Below, in pieces: positions 39,365 through 50,288 of a stretch of DNA of 64,000 nt. The stretch comes from an uncultured Roseivirgaceae bacterium (GTDB lineage: Bacteria; Bacteroidota; Bacteroidia; Cytophagales; Cyclobacteriaceae): positions 13,675 through 77,674 of the forward strand of contig CAYGKL010000001.1 of assembly GCA_964350505.1 (NCBI GenBank), read 5' to 3'. The translations under genes were made by a program, and so were the position numbers. How positions within the stretch are numbered: the first letter of the stretch is position 1; the number at the start of each line of letters is the position of its first letter. The notes under the pieces are model-generated. The model was not told the origin of the DNA, did no database searches, and saw only the letters and a list, made by a program, of their open reading frames with translations.

Positions 39365-42300
39365 TGTTGCCTCCTTTCTGAACACCTGTAGAATCTGTTT
39401 TCACACTATCGCTCTGAATTTCTTGTTGCCTTAGAGCAGCCTCCATCTTTTCTATGTCTGCCAGTTTATTTTTAGCCTGTTCCACTATTGACTCAATAGG
39501 CGAATATTCAATAATTGAATTAACAGTAGCCTTTGCTTGGAACAGCTCGTCCAATGCTATATAATCATCTGCTATAAGTAAGAAGGCCTTGCCCAGCCAT
39601 TCATCGAAGTCAGAAAAATTCTCATTGAACTCAAATAAAGTCGTCAGCGACTCCTGATATTTACCTTGCTGATAAAATATTCTACCCAAAAGATACTGAG
39701 CCTCAGCACCATACTTATTCTTTGCGGTATTGATGGTAGCCAAAAGATCATCTATTGCAGCATCGAAATTTCCTTCCAGATAAGATGCTTTTCCGAGGTA
39801 TAGCTGAGCTTTGTTCACTTGGTCCTGACTGATACTACCTTTTGTAATGATGTTTTTAGCGTAAGTTCTCATCTGGTCATATTGAGCCAGGTTGAAATGG
39901 GCTTCTAGCAAGCCTGCCCAGGCATCATTTTCTTGCCTTTTTGAAATAGCAATGTTTTCGAGCTTGTTGTAGTAATTGGTGGCCTCTCCAAAATCACCCG
40001 CTTTCAATTGCAACTCTCCTATCCGCTGGAAAACAACGTCAATGTCTGTTACTTGAGCCTCTCTGTCTAATTCATAATATAATGCTAAGGCCTTTTCAGT
40101 ATTGTTCAGTCTGTAATTTGATTCTGCTCGGTAAAACTTTGCTTGATGCCTGAGTGGGCTACTGGCGTAATTCTTCTCATAATCTTCGAATGCTCCTATT
40201 GCGGCAGCATATTCCTGACCGAAGTAAAGGTTCTTGGCAGATTCAAGTTCTATATTTTCAAGTGCCTGATTATCTGGGTTGGCACTTTTATACCTAGCCA
40301 AATACTGATCGAATTCTAATACCTTATTATTCAACTTTAATGTATTCTGAAGTCCAAGCAATGCTGAATTGGCAACCCTGCTGGTTACATACTTATCCAA
40401 AATGGTTTTATAATCTTCTTCTGCTTTATCTAACTCATTTATATTAAAGAAAGCCAATGCCCTACTTTCAAAAGCATAAGGAATAAATGGACTTTGATCT
40501 AACCTTTCAATGATTCTAGTAAAGCCTTGAATAGACTCTTGATATTCTCTATTCTCTAATTGAATTTGAGCTTTCTTGTAAATGGCATCATCATAATATC
40601 GAGATCTGTCAAAACGATTAATGACTACATCGAGTGCTTCAATCGCCTCATCACTTTTCTCTTGGAAGTCTTTGACTACACCTTTTTGAAAATAGGCATA
40701 ATCGATATTAGGGTTGTTGGTATCTATGGCTCTCTGATAATACGAAATGGCTGTCGCATACGCCTTATCTACATAGTAGCAATCTGCTAGTCTCAGAATC
40801 GCATCATTGAAATTGAGCTTGTTTTGAGCATCTTCTAAGGCATCCACATATCGCTTAAAGTAAATTCTGGCGTTCGGGTAATCTCTAGTGTTATAATAGG
40901 AATAACCAATACCATAATTAGCCTTCAGATAATACTCTGATTCTTGATTTCTTGTTCTAAACACCTGCTGATAAGCATCAATCGCATTGGTGTAATTTCT
41001 AGCAGTGGCCAAAGCTTCAGCTTTCCAAAATAATGCTGCCGTTTCTAAATCACTGTCAACTCTGTAGGTCAAGGATTTATCGAACAACTGAACGGCATTG
41101 GTGTAGTTGGCACTATTGAAGAATTCGGTTCCTTTATAAAAAGTCACCTTTTGATAAGCCGCCTGAACACGGGGACTTTTGTTTTGAATTCTTTCGATAA
41201 AAGTGATGGCACGCGTAAAGTCACTGGTATTCAGAAAAGCCTCTGAAAGCAGATTATTTGCTTCTGGAATATATTGAGATGTTGGATACTGGTTGATAAA
41301 TCGATCTAAGGTAGTAATGGCCTGAGAATAATTCTTCGATTCAAAATTCACCTTAGCCACATTGAAGGCCGATTCTTCCTGAATTTCTTTATTGAAAGGC
41401 AATTTGCTAGACTTATCGAAAGCTGATGTAGCAAACACATAGTTCCCCTGCTCAACATATAACTGCCCTAGGTAATAAGAGGCATATTGCGACAGGGTGT
41501 CTTCTTTCAACGCAACCCTCTTAAAATCCTCAATGGCAGGTTCAGCATTGCCAACTGAAAAATTAGAGAAAGCAATTCTGTAAAGTGTTTGATCGGTTAC
41601 ACTTTGTGCAGCCAATTGTCGGTATAATGCATAAAATTCTAACGCCTCATCATATCTCGCTTCGGCAAAGGCAGATTCACCTGCCAACTGATAAATCTGA
41701 TACAGGTAATCCATTCTGCCTTTTTCAGTTCCAATGTCTTTGAATTTGCCAGCATAGGCCAATACCTCGCCATACCTCTTTTGCTGGAAGTATGAACTTG
41801 TAATCATGATTGGTACTCTATATTGATATTTTTCGCTTTCCTCCGATTTCCTTAGGTCAACAATTGCTTTGTCGAACTCTTTATCGGTGTAAGCCAAAAA
41901 ACCTGCGTAGTAATTAGCATCAGCTTGAAACTCACCACTTTCTCGTTTTGCTAAATCGAAGTATTTAATTGACTCCTCTTTTCTGTTCAGGCTAAAGGCT
42001 GAATAGGCAATTTTAAAATAAGTCTCAGCTCTTTGGTCTGCATCTAGAGCATTCAGATTGGCTAATTTTAGGTATTTATTGGCGGTTAAATAGTCTTTAG
42101 ATTTAAATGAATTGACTCCCAAGTTGTAATAAGCTTTGGATGCTTTAGGGTGACTGGGTCGCTTTTTTACAAACTCAGATATGAGTTGTGGCCCATCCGC
42201 ATTATTCAAATTCAGGGCACAAAGGGCAACATAATATTCTGCATCGGCCTTTTTGATATTATCAGTACCTACCAATAAATACCTTTCGAATTGCTCCCGG

Positions 42301-42443
42301 GCAGCACTGTACTTCTCTTTATCGAGCAACTCCAATCCGAAGCGATAATACTTATTATCACTGTTTTGGTGTAAAGTACTTTGAGCTTTTAATGACCCGA
42401 GCGTTACAAGGCTGATGGCTACAATAGCTAAAAAATTCCTCAT
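39357..42443 (-). CDS. Large exported tetratricopeptide-repeat protein
   Basis: Signal peptide MRNFLAIV...KAQ; many TPR helix pairs (YY.A, A...F). Alternative start at 42506. Confidence 0.88.
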   Translation of the reverse strand: MRNFLAIVAISLVTLGSLKAQSTLHQNSDNKYYRFGLELLDKEKYSAAREQFERYLLVGTDNIKKADAEYYVALCALNLNNADGPQLISEFVKKRPSHPKASKAYYNLGVNSFKSKDYLTANKYLKLANLNALDADQRAETYFKIAYSAFSLNRKEESIKYFDLAKRESGEFQADANYYAGFLAYTDKEFDKAIVDLRKSEESEKYQYRVPIMITSSYFQQKRYGEVLAYAGKFKDIGTEKGRMDYLYQIYQLAGESAFAEARYDEALEFYALYRQLAAQSVTDQTLYRIAFSNFSVGNAEPAIEDFKRVALKEDTLSQYASYYLGQLYVEQGNYVFATSAFDKSSKLPFNKEIQEESAFNVAKVNFESKNYSQAITTLDRFINQYPTSQYIPEANNLLSEAFLNTSDFTRAITFIERIQNKSPRVQAAYQKVTFYKGTEFFNSANYTNAVQLFDKSLTYRVDSDLETAALFWKAEALATARNYTNAIDAYQQVFRTRNQESEYYLKANYGIGYSYYNTRDYPNARIYFKRYVDALEDAQNKLNFNDAILRLADCYYVDKAYATAISYYQRAIDTNNPNIDYAYFQKGVVKDFQEKSDEAIEALDVVINRFDRSRYYDDAIYKKAQIQLENREYQESIQGFTRIIERLDQSPFIPYAFESRALAFFNINELDKAEEDYKTILDKYVTSRVANSALLGLQNTLKLNNKVLEFDQYLARYKSANPDNQALENIELESAKNLYFGQEYAAAIGAFEDYEKNYASSPLRHQAKFYRAESNYRLNNTEKALALYYELDREAQVTDIDVVFQRIGELQLKAGDFGEATNYYNKLENIAISKRQENDAWAGLLEAHFNLAQYDQMRTYAKNIITKGSISQDQVNKAQLYLGKASYLEGNFDAAIDDLLATINTAKNKYGAEAQYLLGRIFYQQGKYQESLTTLFEFNENFSDFDEWLGKAFLLIADDYIALDELFQAKATVNSIIEYSPIESIVEQAKNKLADIEKMEAALRQQEIQSDSVKTDSTGVQKGGNNE

Positions 42444-42514
42444 CAATTTGTCTTTGCTCACTTTAATCCTAAACTCTTTTGTTGACTGAATATTGTTAGA
42501 CCTCATTGATCTGT

Positions 42515-43537
42515 TCAGTGCATCAATTTGAAAACTAATTCTCTTAAAATTTCTTCCTCAGCCATAGAGCCTGAATTCACGCCCTTCGATCTTAAATCTG
42601 CTTCGCGAAGCAAGGAAATACTTTGCATCACTTTTCCCAAAGGATATCTGGCAGCAGCTATTTTATATTCCTTCACCACAAATGGAGGCAAGCCCATAGC
42701 CCGAGCTAAACCACTATCAGATTTGTCTTTGGCGCTATGAAGCAGCAACAGCTTTGTATAATAGCTGAACAAAATCGCGATCATAGGTATAATTGAGTTG
42801 GCACGAATATTCGCTGCAAAGTAGTTCACTATCCGATTGGCCTTCAATACGTCTCCAGCAGAAATGGCCTTTTGCAATTCAAAAACATTGTAATCTTTAT
42901 TAATGCCAACATATTTCTGAATATGCTCTGGAGTAATCTCCTCCCCATCCTTTAAGTTGATGGCAATTTTATTGACTTCGTTGGTTAATCTTTCAAGGTT
43001 ATTGCCTAGGTACTCTGCAAGTAACTGAACAGACTGATAACCAATATTGAAGCCTTTTTCCTTGGCAAAGCTTTCTATCCACTTAGGCACTTCATAATCA
43101 CGAAGTTTGGTGGTGGTTAACAATACAGACTTTTTGCCCAAAGCTTTTGAAAGTGGCTTTCTGCCATCTACCTTCTTATGCTTATGTGCAAACACCAACA
43201 CCGTTGAAGGAACAGGATTATCCAAGTAGTTCATCAAAAGGCTTTGACCTTCATCCTTATTGAGATCTAGAATATCCTTTGCCTCTTTTACGATCACCAC
43301 TTGTCGTTCAGCCATCATGGGAAAGCGCCTTGCTGCCGAAACAATTTGATTCACCGCTACATCTTTGCCATACATGATGGTTTGATTGAAGCCTTTCTCA
43401 GTTTCATTGAGACAATTGTCTTCTATAAAATCAGTGATTTGATCTATGTAATAAGGTTCCTCTCCTTGTAAAAAATACACAGGTGCATATTTTCCGGCTT
43501 TCAGTTCCTGCAAAATCTGGTCGGGAGTAGCTGCCAT
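42515..43537 (-). CDS. holA: DNA polymerase III subunit delta
   Basis: YFLQGEEPY, PMMAERQVVIVKEA and YNVFEL motifs. Confidence 0.93.
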   Translation of the reverse strand: MAATPDQILQELKAGKYAPVYFLQGEEPYYIDQITDFIEDNCLNETEKGFNQTIMYGKDVAVNQIVSAARRFPMMAERQVVIVKEAKDILDLNKDEGQSLLMNYLDNPVPSTVLVFAHKHKKVDGRKPLSKALGKKSVLLTTTKLRDYEVPKWIESFAKEKGFNIGYQSVQLLAEYLGNNLERLTNEVNKIAINLKDGEEITPEHIQKYVGINKDYNVFELQKAISAGDVLKANRIVNYFAANIRANSIIPMIAILFSYYTKLLLLHSAKDKSDSGLARAMGLPPFVVKEYKIAAARYPLGKVMQSISLLREADLRSKGVNSGSMAEEEILRELVFKLMH

Positions 43538-43631
43538 AGATAAGATTCAAATATACAACCTCGATTCTATTTTCAAGAGAATTCGAACTAAGACTTTTTT
43601 CAACTGTTTATATTTGCAAAAAAGGAGAATA

Positions 43632-44315
43632 ATGGTCGATTCGATTGTAGAGAAAGGTATAAAAGCTTGCCAAGCCAGCGATTTTAAAAAGGGAGTTGAA
43701 CTTTTTACCGAAGCTTTGAAGGAAAATCCTCTTCATACAAAGGCGCTATATAACAGAGCAAGAGCGCTTTCTAAAATTGAGCGCCTTGAAGATGCTCTCA
43801 AAGATTTTGAACAACTTGTTAAAATTGAACCCTCTGACGCCACTTTTATTGGCGACTATGCGGTGGCTTTGCATCTCAACAATAAAGATGAGGAAGCGCT
43901 CGTACAATTCTATCGTGCCCTAGAACTGGAACCAAAGAATCCCTACAGATGGTCTTCATTGGGTTTCTTTAAGGACAGAATTGGCAAAAGTCAGGAAGCA
44001 CTTTCCGATTACGAAAAAGCCATTGCACTAGACCCAGAAGATGCAATTGCACTGAACAACAAAGGTTTGATTGAAGAAAAGCTCGGGTATCAGGAAAGAT
44101 CAAAGAAAAGCTTTGATCAATCGAACAAGTTGGTAGGTTATAATCCTTCGGAAAAGTCGGCTAATAAAACTAGAAATGCCCCTCCTACATTCAAGCCTCA
44201 ACCTTCCCAAGAAAAAGCAACTCGTTGGGGAATAATCAAATCAGTTTTTACCAAAGAAGGGTTCAAAGATTTTAGTCAATTCACTAAAAACAAAATGTTA
44301 GGTTCGAAAGAATAA
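43632..44315 (+). CDS. TPR-repeat protein
   Basis: Tandem TPRs (ALELEP.N, AIALDPED). The -7 box TATATTTG at 43609 overlaps the track TTG, so ATG 43632 is preferred. Confidence 0.85.
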   Translation: MVDSIVEKGIKACQASDFKKGVELFTEALKENPLHTKALYNRARALSKIERLEDALKDFEQLVKIEPSDATFIGDYAVALHLNNKDEEALVQFYRALELEPKNPYRWSSLGFFKDRIGKSQEALSDYEKAIALDPEDAIALNNKGLIEEKLGYQERSKKSFDQSNKLVGYNPSEKSANKTRNAPPTFKPQPSQEKATRWGIIKSVFTKEGFKDFSQFTKNKMLGSKE

Positions 44316-44378
44316 AAACTTGATGATGTTGAAAGCGTTGGACTTTCTTAACTTTAACTTTATTAACCGACCAACCCT

Positions 44379-44963
44379 ATGAAAAAGTTAGCGCTATTAC
44401 TCATCATTCTTTCCTCTTCAAATCTAGTAGCTCAGCAAATGAGCAAGGAAGATCAAATTAAATCTGCCGTATTAGCTGCCCCAGCTGCAGTGCGCGATGG
44501 CGCACATGTATATGGATTCAATGAAAAAGGCGAAATGGTGACTCTCAGGGAAGGCACTAATAACTTTATTGTCAGGTCAGACGACCCAAATGCAGCTGGT
44601 TTCGAAGTAGTTTCTTACCCAAAGAATGTTGAGCCATTTATGGCCAGAGGTCGTCAACTCAAGGCTGAAGGAAAAAACAGAGGTGAAATTTTTGACATTC
44701 GTGAAGAAGAGATGAAAAGCGGAAAGCTTGAAAAACCAGGCTATGGCTCAACGCTTAACATCTATTTTGGTCCAGATGCTCGATATAATCCAGAAACTGG
44801 AGAATTAGAAGGCGGCAGTTTCAGGTATGTGATCTACACTCCTCTTGCCACAGCCGAATCAACTGGCTTACCGATCAGTCCCAATGGAAATGGGCATCCC
44901 TGGGTGATGTTCCCAGGGTTATACCGTGCTCATATTATGATCACCCCTCCGAGCGGAAATTAG
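44379..44963 (+). CDS. Exported hypothetical protein
   Basis: Signal peptide; AVLAAP, LREGTN, AESTGL and PWVMFPG..AHIM segments look conserved, but the family is not named. Confidence 0.7.
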   Translation: MKKLALLLIILSSSNLVAQQMSKEDQIKSAVLAAPAAVRDGAHVYGFNEKGEMVTLREGTNNFIVRSDDPNAAGFEVVSYPKNVEPFMARGRQLKAEGKNRGEIFDIREEEMKSGKLEKPGYGSTLNIYFGPDARYNPETGELEGGSFRYVIYTPLATAESTGLPISPNGNGHPWVMFPGLYRAHIMITPPSGN

Positions 44964-44966
44964 GAT

Positions 44967-47603
44967 TTACTCACTTCTCAATGCATTAATCGGATTACTC
45001 GTTGCCGTCCTAATCGACTGAAATCCAACTGTTAACCATGCTATTATGGCAACAGATATGACGGGTATTATCCAGATCAGTGGGTTATTGAGGTTTAGCT
45101 GATAGGCGAAGGTTGCTAGCCATTCCTTCATCAATAAATAACCAACTGGAATCGCTGCCAAGGCACCTAAACCCACAAGAATTGTGAAGTTACTAATCAC
45201 CATTAAGGTAAGGCTTTGAACAGATGCTCCCAGCACTTTACGAACAGCAATTTCTTTATGCCTTCTCTGCAAGGTAAAAGCAGCCAATGCAAACAAGCCT
45301 AAACATGCAATTATGATAGCTAAGCCTGATGAGGCCGTAAAAAGACTACCAAATCGTTCTTCTTCTTTATAAAGCGAGTCAAATGCATCGTCCAAAAACA
45401 CATACTCAAAAGGTTCGCTAGGTAAAGTTTGAGACCATGCCTCTCTTACCTGTGAAACTGTGTTTTGATAATCACCCGAAACCTTAATCGACAAATAATT
45501 TGCTTGATACCAATCCTCCTCAACTCTACCGTCATCTTCCATTAACCTAAAAACAAACGGCTGTATCTCACCTCTCAGAGAAGCGTAATTGAAATTTTTA
45601 ACAACGCCTATCACTGTGTAATCTTCTCCATCTCCCCTGCTCAACTTTTTACCAAGAACATCACCACCAAGCCATTTTTGAGCTTGCTCATTAATTAGTA
45701 TATTGGCAGTATCTGAAACTAATTCTTTATTAAAGCCACGCCCTGCAACGAGTTCCATATTCATGGTCTCCAAATAGTTTTCTGTAGCAAAGAGATTGAT
45801 GAAACTGAGCGCTCTAGGGTTATCCTCTAAGGTTTGATAACCGTAATCAGGAATTCTTCCAGAAAGGTAATTACTTGAAAAAGACCTTTTTTCTATGGTT
45901 GAAATTCTATCAATCTGATTTAGGAAAGAAGAGCTCTTTTCTTCCAATAGGCTGGTGTTTTTCACGATCAACACTTGCTCTGTCTCAAAACCCAGCTCTT
46001 GTTTTTTTATAAAATTCAATTGACTGAAAACTACAACTGTGCACACAATTAATAGAATGGATATAGCAAACTGAAAGGCTACAAGACCCTTTCTGAGCAA
46101 TGCGCTGCTTTTACTTCCAGTTTGAGCTTCTCCTTTCAAGGCTTTTATCGGTTTGAAAGATGATATAACCAATGCAGGATATGCACCCGCCAGAAGTCCT
46201 ACCAAAATCATCAACCCAAAGAGTTTCAATAAAGTCAAAGAATCGAAGAGTTCTGAAAACTCAAAATTTCGATTAGCCAAGCTATTAAACCCATCAAGTG
46301 CCAGCGATGCCATTCCAAGTGCAAGAATAGATGAAAGAAAACAAACCAAAATAGACTCAACCATAAATTGGCCTATCAGCTGACTTCTCAATGAACCTAA
46401 GACCTTTCTCATTCCCACTTCTTTAGAGCGCATGGCGGAACGAGCTGTGCTGAGGTTCATGAAGTTAATACAAGCTATGATTAAGATAAAAAGTGCTACT
46501 GCTGAGAATATGTAAACATTGTCAATATTGCCGCTTGAACCCAAGGCCAAATGTGGATAATGAAGATGTAAGGACTGCATCGGCAAAAATGCATAAGTCT
46601 TCTTGCCACCAGCGGCTATGAAGTCTTCAAAAGTGTCATGACCGGTGTATTTCACAAGTTCTGGCCCAATATACTGGGCAACAAAATCAGGGATTTTGGC
46701 ATTGATCTGTGCCACCGTGGCACCCTTTGCCAGCTTAACATAAGTAAAAAAGTTATTGCCCGTCCAATTACCAACTGTCACCCATGGATCGTCTGGATAA
46801 GAACTAATGTAACTATAGTAAAAATGAGTGTTTTTAGGTGGGTCAGCTACAACTCCAGTTACTTGAACTTTTTGATTATCAACTTCAATCACTTGCCCTA
46901 TGGCTTCTCCAAAATCGAAAAGCTTATCGGCCAATGCTTTTGTGAGAACAATGGAGTTAGGTTTACTGAGTGCCTGATTAGGATTACCCTCTAAAAATTG
47001 AACTGTAAAAATTTTGCTGAAAGTAGAGTCCGCGCTGAATCCTCTTGCCTCTTTAAATATCTGATCGCCAACTTTGAGTTTTTGATCAAATGGCCCATTC
47101 AGCCTGGCTACCTCTTCGATTTCCGGAAAGTCAATCTTCATTTGAATTCCCATTCTTGCTGGTGTATAAGCACCTGATTGACCATTAGCTACACGGTAGA
47201 TTCTATCTACATCTTTGTGGAAATTATCGTAGCTCAGCTCATGGCTTATATACATGGTAATGAGTAAACAGGCAGCCAGACCAATAGCCAACCCTGAGAT
47301 GTTGATAGCACTGTAAAAACGCTGCCTCAATAAGCTCCTAACCGAAATTTTAAAATAGTTTTTGAACATAGCAATGTTGTTTAATGAGTTAAAATCTTCA
47401 AGACCTTTGATATACTTTAAGCGAAAAAAACGGAATACATCCCACGAGAATTGACGCCTTGCTTTTTTCAGACCAACAGTTTCAATTCTTTTATAGAACA
47501 GCTCATAGGCATCTCCTTCAATGATTTCCAGCGCCCTTGGTTTACAATAAAACCTAAGCAGCTTTAATGCCCATTGAGGCGGCTCCTGATCAAATGGAGA
47601 CAT
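44967..47603 (-). CDS. Duplicated FtsX/MacB-like ABC permease with N-terminal permease-prefix domain
   Basis: PPQWALKLL..Y...EIIEGD prefix; INFMNLSTARS..R.KEVGMRKVLG and EIAVRKVLGAS motifs; ends NPINALRSE. Confidence 0.92.
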   Translation of the reverse strand: MSPFDQEPPQWALKLLRFYCKPRALEIIEGDAYELFYKRIETVGLKKARRQFSWDVFRFFRLKYIKGLEDFNSLNNIAMFKNYFKISVRSLLRQRFYSAINISGLAIGLAACLLITMYISHELSYDNFHKDVDRIYRVANGQSGAYTPARMGIQMKIDFPEIEEVARLNGPFDQKLKVGDQIFKEARGFSADSTFSKIFTVQFLEGNPNQALSKPNSIVLTKALADKLFDFGEAIGQVIEVDNQKVQVTGVVADPPKNTHFYYSYISSYPDDPWVTVGNWTGNNFFTYVKLAKGATVAQINAKIPDFVAQYIGPELVKYTGHDTFEDFIAAGGKKTYAFLPMQSLHLHYPHLALGSSGNIDNVYIFSAVALFILIIACINFMNLSTARSAMRSKEVGMRKVLGSLRSQLIGQFMVESILVCFLSSILALGMASLALDGFNSLANRNFEFSELFDSLTLLKLFGLMILVGLLAGAYPALVISSFKPIKALKGEAQTGSKSSALLRKGLVAFQFAISILLIVCTVVVFSQLNFIKKQELGFETEQVLIVKNTSLLEEKSSSFLNQIDRISTIEKRSFSSNYLSGRIPDYGYQTLEDNPRALSFINLFATENYLETMNMELVAGRGFNKELVSDTANILINEQAQKWLGGDVLGKKLSRGDGEDYTVIGVVKNFNYASLRGEIQPFVFRLMEDDGRVEEDWYQANYLSIKVSGDYQNTVSQVREAWSQTLPSEPFEYVFLDDAFDSLYKEEERFGSLFTASSGLAIIIACLGLFALAAFTLQRRHKEIAVRKVLGASVQSLTLMVISNFTILVGLGALAAIPVGYLLMKEWLATFAYQLNLNNPLIWIIPVISVAIIAWLTVGFQSIRTATSNPINALRSE

Positions 47604-47928
47604 ACTTCAACCCTAAGTTTGGGATTTGTTCGTAAAGCTTATTCCGCTGTTCATGGATAGCATCTAACGTGTGCTGACCTGCCACCGTAATGTTGAAAAA
47701 GCGTTTTCTTCTGCCCCCTCGTTCAGCTGTGGCTCCACCAACGCTCGACTCAAGAAAGCCCTTTGACTCTAACCGATCCAAAGCAGAATGAACAGCACTA
47801 ATATTGATTTTCCGACCTGTTTGACTTTCCAGTTCTTCCATTACGCTTATTCCATAAGCATTGTCTCGCAGTATGGCTACTATGAGCAAAACCAATTCCT
47901 CAAACTCTCCTATTTGAATTCTTCCCAT
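47590..47928 (-). CDS. PadR-family transcriptional regulator
   Basis: GEFEELVLL, AYG, L.RLE.KG and GGRRKRFF motifs; directly upstream of the permease. Confidence 0.92.
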   Translation of the reverse strand: MGRIQIGEFEELVLLIVAILRDNAYGISVMEELESQTGRKINISAVHSALDRLESKGFLESSVGGATAERGGRRKRFFNITVAGQHTLDAIHEQRNKLYEQIPNLGLKYVSI

Positions 47929-47941
47929 GGGATTTTATTTC

Positions 47942-47989
47942 TTTCACAATAGTAAATGAAATATATATGTTTCACTATTGCAAATGAAA
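47942..47989. promoter_or_regulatory. Two TTTCA-N10-TGAAA palindromes (probable PadR operators)
   Basis: TTTCACAATAGTAAATGAAA (47942-47961) and TTTCACTATTGCAAATGAAA (47970-47989), 14-61 bp upstream of the padR start. Confidence 0.6.
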
Positions 47990-48088
47990 TACTTCAAATA
48001 ATTACTGAACTGTAATATGTTTGTACCGAATCGGGATGAAAGGTGAGTGACAAGTTCAGGGTTTCAATAAATTGAAGCCCTGATTCAT

Positions 48089-49024
48089 TTAATAGCCTAC
48101 TTTACGATTGATTTGATGAAGCAGCTCTTCCCCTGCTATCAGTCTTTCTGTATTCTTTAGCAAGAGCTTAATGGCTGAATACGGAGAAGTTACACTGGCC
48201 ACATGAGGCGTTATTTTAATTTTAGGGTGGCTCCAATAAGGATGATCAGTTGGTAAAGGTTCTTCTCTAAACACATCTAACTGTGCTCCACTTAGCTGTC
48301 CTGATTCGAGGGCAGAAATGAGGTCTTCCTCAATTAAATGATTTCCTCTGGCCACGTTAATAAGATAAGCACCCTTCTTCATTTTCGAGAAAAACGAAGT
48401 ATCTAGAATACCCTCAGTCTTTGGAGTTACAGGAAGCAAATTGATCAGAACATCAAGAGGTTGTAAAAATTCAGTCAGCTGGTCACCGCTATAGCAACTA
48501 ACTCCCTCAATGTTCTTCTGGGTACGGCTATACCCTGAAACCTCGAAACCCAAACTACTTAGACTAGTGGCACAATGCCCTCCAAGCTCTCCTAATCCAA
48601 GCAAACCAACCTTCAAATTATGGTAAGGTAATCTATCCCAAATAGCCGCTTTCTGATTGTGAGCATGTTGATCCATACTTCTTTGATGCATCATCACAGT
48701 CATGAGGCAGTAGTTTGTCATGTCTCTAGTTAAAAAAGGATCCACAATTCGGGTAATTGAAATGTGTTCAGGAATTTGAGGATCGTTTACTAAGTGATCA
48801 ACCCCTGCTCCTAGTGAACTTACCCATTTGAGGTTTGGCAGTTTTTCAACTACACCTTGATCTAGTGGCTTCCAAACAAACAATGCCTGCACATTAGATA
48901 AATCAGCCTCTGTTGGCCATATATGTATCTTATTTACAAGATGAGACTTGTATAAGCCCTCAATCCAAGGCGCTGGTTGCCAAACTTTAGTACAGAGTAA
49001 AATATCTATTTTTTGCTGATCCAT
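48089..49024 (-). CDS. D-2-hydroxyacid dehydrogenase (GhrA-like)
   Basis: [31 protein letters not shown] and TPHVAS motifs. Confidence 0.92.
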   Translation of the reverse strand: MDQQKIDILLCTKVWQPAPWIEGLYKSHLVNKIHIWPTEADLSNVQALFVWKPLDQGVVEKLPNLKWVSSLGAGVDHLVNDPQIPEHISITRIVDPFLTRDMTNYCLMTVMMHQRSMDQHAHNQKAAIWDRLPYHNLKVGLLGLGELGGHCATSLSSLGFEVSGYSRTQKNIEGVSCYSGDQLTEFLQPLDVLINLLPVTPKTEGILDTSFFSKMKKGAYLINVARGNHLIEEDLISALESGQLSGAQLDVFREEPLPTDHPYWSHPKIKITPHVASVTSPYSAIKLLLKNTERLIAGEELLHQINRKVGY

Positions 49025-49602
49025 TTGCTGTCTTTGATATAAAATCTCCAGGGTTTTAATGCATCCTCTTCTGCATAATCTACTCCAATTCTGGTCGAAG
49101 TTATTATTTCGTTTTCAAGTAACAATGGAGCATCTTCAATCCAAATCTCATTTCCAGAAAGCGAAACACCATAATGCCGCTTAGTTTCAATGCCCAATGC
49201 TTGTGTTAATGTGCCCGGACCAGAAGTTAATGTCTTCTCTATTTTTGTCCTTTTTCTTCGCTCTAGCATAATAGCGATGCCTTCTAAAGGCTCAATCGCT
49301 CTTACCAAAATAGCATCGGCTTGATTAGCTCTGTTGGTAACCACATTAAACAAATGATGAATCCCATAGCATAGATAAACATAGGCATGACCGCCTTCAG
49401 CATACATTATTTCTGTACGAGCTGTTCTAACACCATTGTTGGCGTGGCAAGCCTTATCATTCACTCCAGAATAAGCTTCAACTTCAGTAATTCTTCCAGC
49501 AGTATAGCTGTTATCTATGTACGTATGAATAGTCTTACCTAAGAGCTCTTTTGCAATCTGGACTACATTCTCGCGCTGATAAAAACTATTCTGAAGTATC
49601 AT
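49006..49602 (-). CDS. mpg: DNA-3-methyladenine glycosylase (MPG/AAG family)
   Basis: [31 protein letters not shown] and RIGV motifs. Confidence 0.93.
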   Translation of the reverse strand: MILQNSFYQRENVVQIAKELLGKTIHTYIDNSYTAGRITEVEAYSGVNDKACHANNGVRTARTEIMYAEGGHAYVYLCYGIHHLFNVVTNRANQADAILVRAIEPLEGIAIMLERRKRTKIEKTLTSGPGTLTQALGIETKRHYGVSLSGNEIWIEDAPLLLENEIITSTRIGVDYAEEDALKPWRFYIKDSKWISKK

Positions 49603-49673
49603 AGAGAAAACAAAGCAACTAAATTCCTTTAATTCAGTTATAATTGTTGAATCAAAAAAAAACTGATCTAAAA

Positions 49674-50207
49674 ATGAAAAAGGTATTTATTTCATTAGCC
49701 ACATTACTCTTATTGTTCTCTTTCAATTCGGCACAAGCCCAAAGAGGACCAGCAGCAAGTCCAAAAGTTACAATCACCCAAATGGTAGGTAACACAACTT
49801 TAACTATGGTGTATTCAAGACCTAGTTTAGATGGAAGATCACTTGCTACTCTAGCACCAAATGGCCAAGTTTGGAGAACAGGTGCTAACGAAAACACAAG
49901 AATTACAGTTGACAAGGATGTTATGATTGGTGGCAAAAAGTTAGCCGCTGGTGAATATTCTTTGTACACCATACCTGGCGACAGCGAATGGACAGTAATC
50001 ATTAACAAGGCCATGTCATGGGGAACTCAGTATGATGAAGGCCAAGATGTATTCAGGTTTACTGCGAAACCAACAACAACAGACAAAACGGTTGAGACTT
50101 TCAACATGACAATGACTGACTTCGACAAGAACAGTAAAGACAAAGCAATGATTGAAATAGCTTGGGGTAACACCTCTGTTAAATTCCCAATTGCCGTAAC
50201 GAATTAA
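49674..50207 (+). CDS. DUF2911-domain exported protein
   Basis: ASP, VYSRPS, WRTGANE.T and [10 protein letters not shown] motifs. ATG 49674 is preferred. Confidence 0.88.
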   Translation: MKKVFISLATLLLLFSFNSAQAQRGPAASPKVTITQMVGNTTLTMVYSRPSLDGRSLATLAPNGQVWRTGANENTRITVDKDVMIGGKKLAAGEYSLYTIPGDSEWTVIINKAMSWGTQYDEGQDVFRFTAKPTTTDKTVETFNMTMTDFDKNSKDKAMIEIAWGNTSVKFPIAVTN

Positions 50208-50226
50208 GAATTTTCAAATCTTATAG

Positions 50227-50259
50227 AAAGCTTCCATTCAGTGAATGGAAGCTTTTTTT
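50227..50259 (+). terminator. Intrinsic terminator
   Basis: 13-bp stem AAAGCTTCCATTC/GAATGGAAGCTTT, loop AGT, then a T-run. Confidence 0.85.
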
Positions 50260-50288
50260 ATATCTTCGAACGATTAAAAATTGAACTC

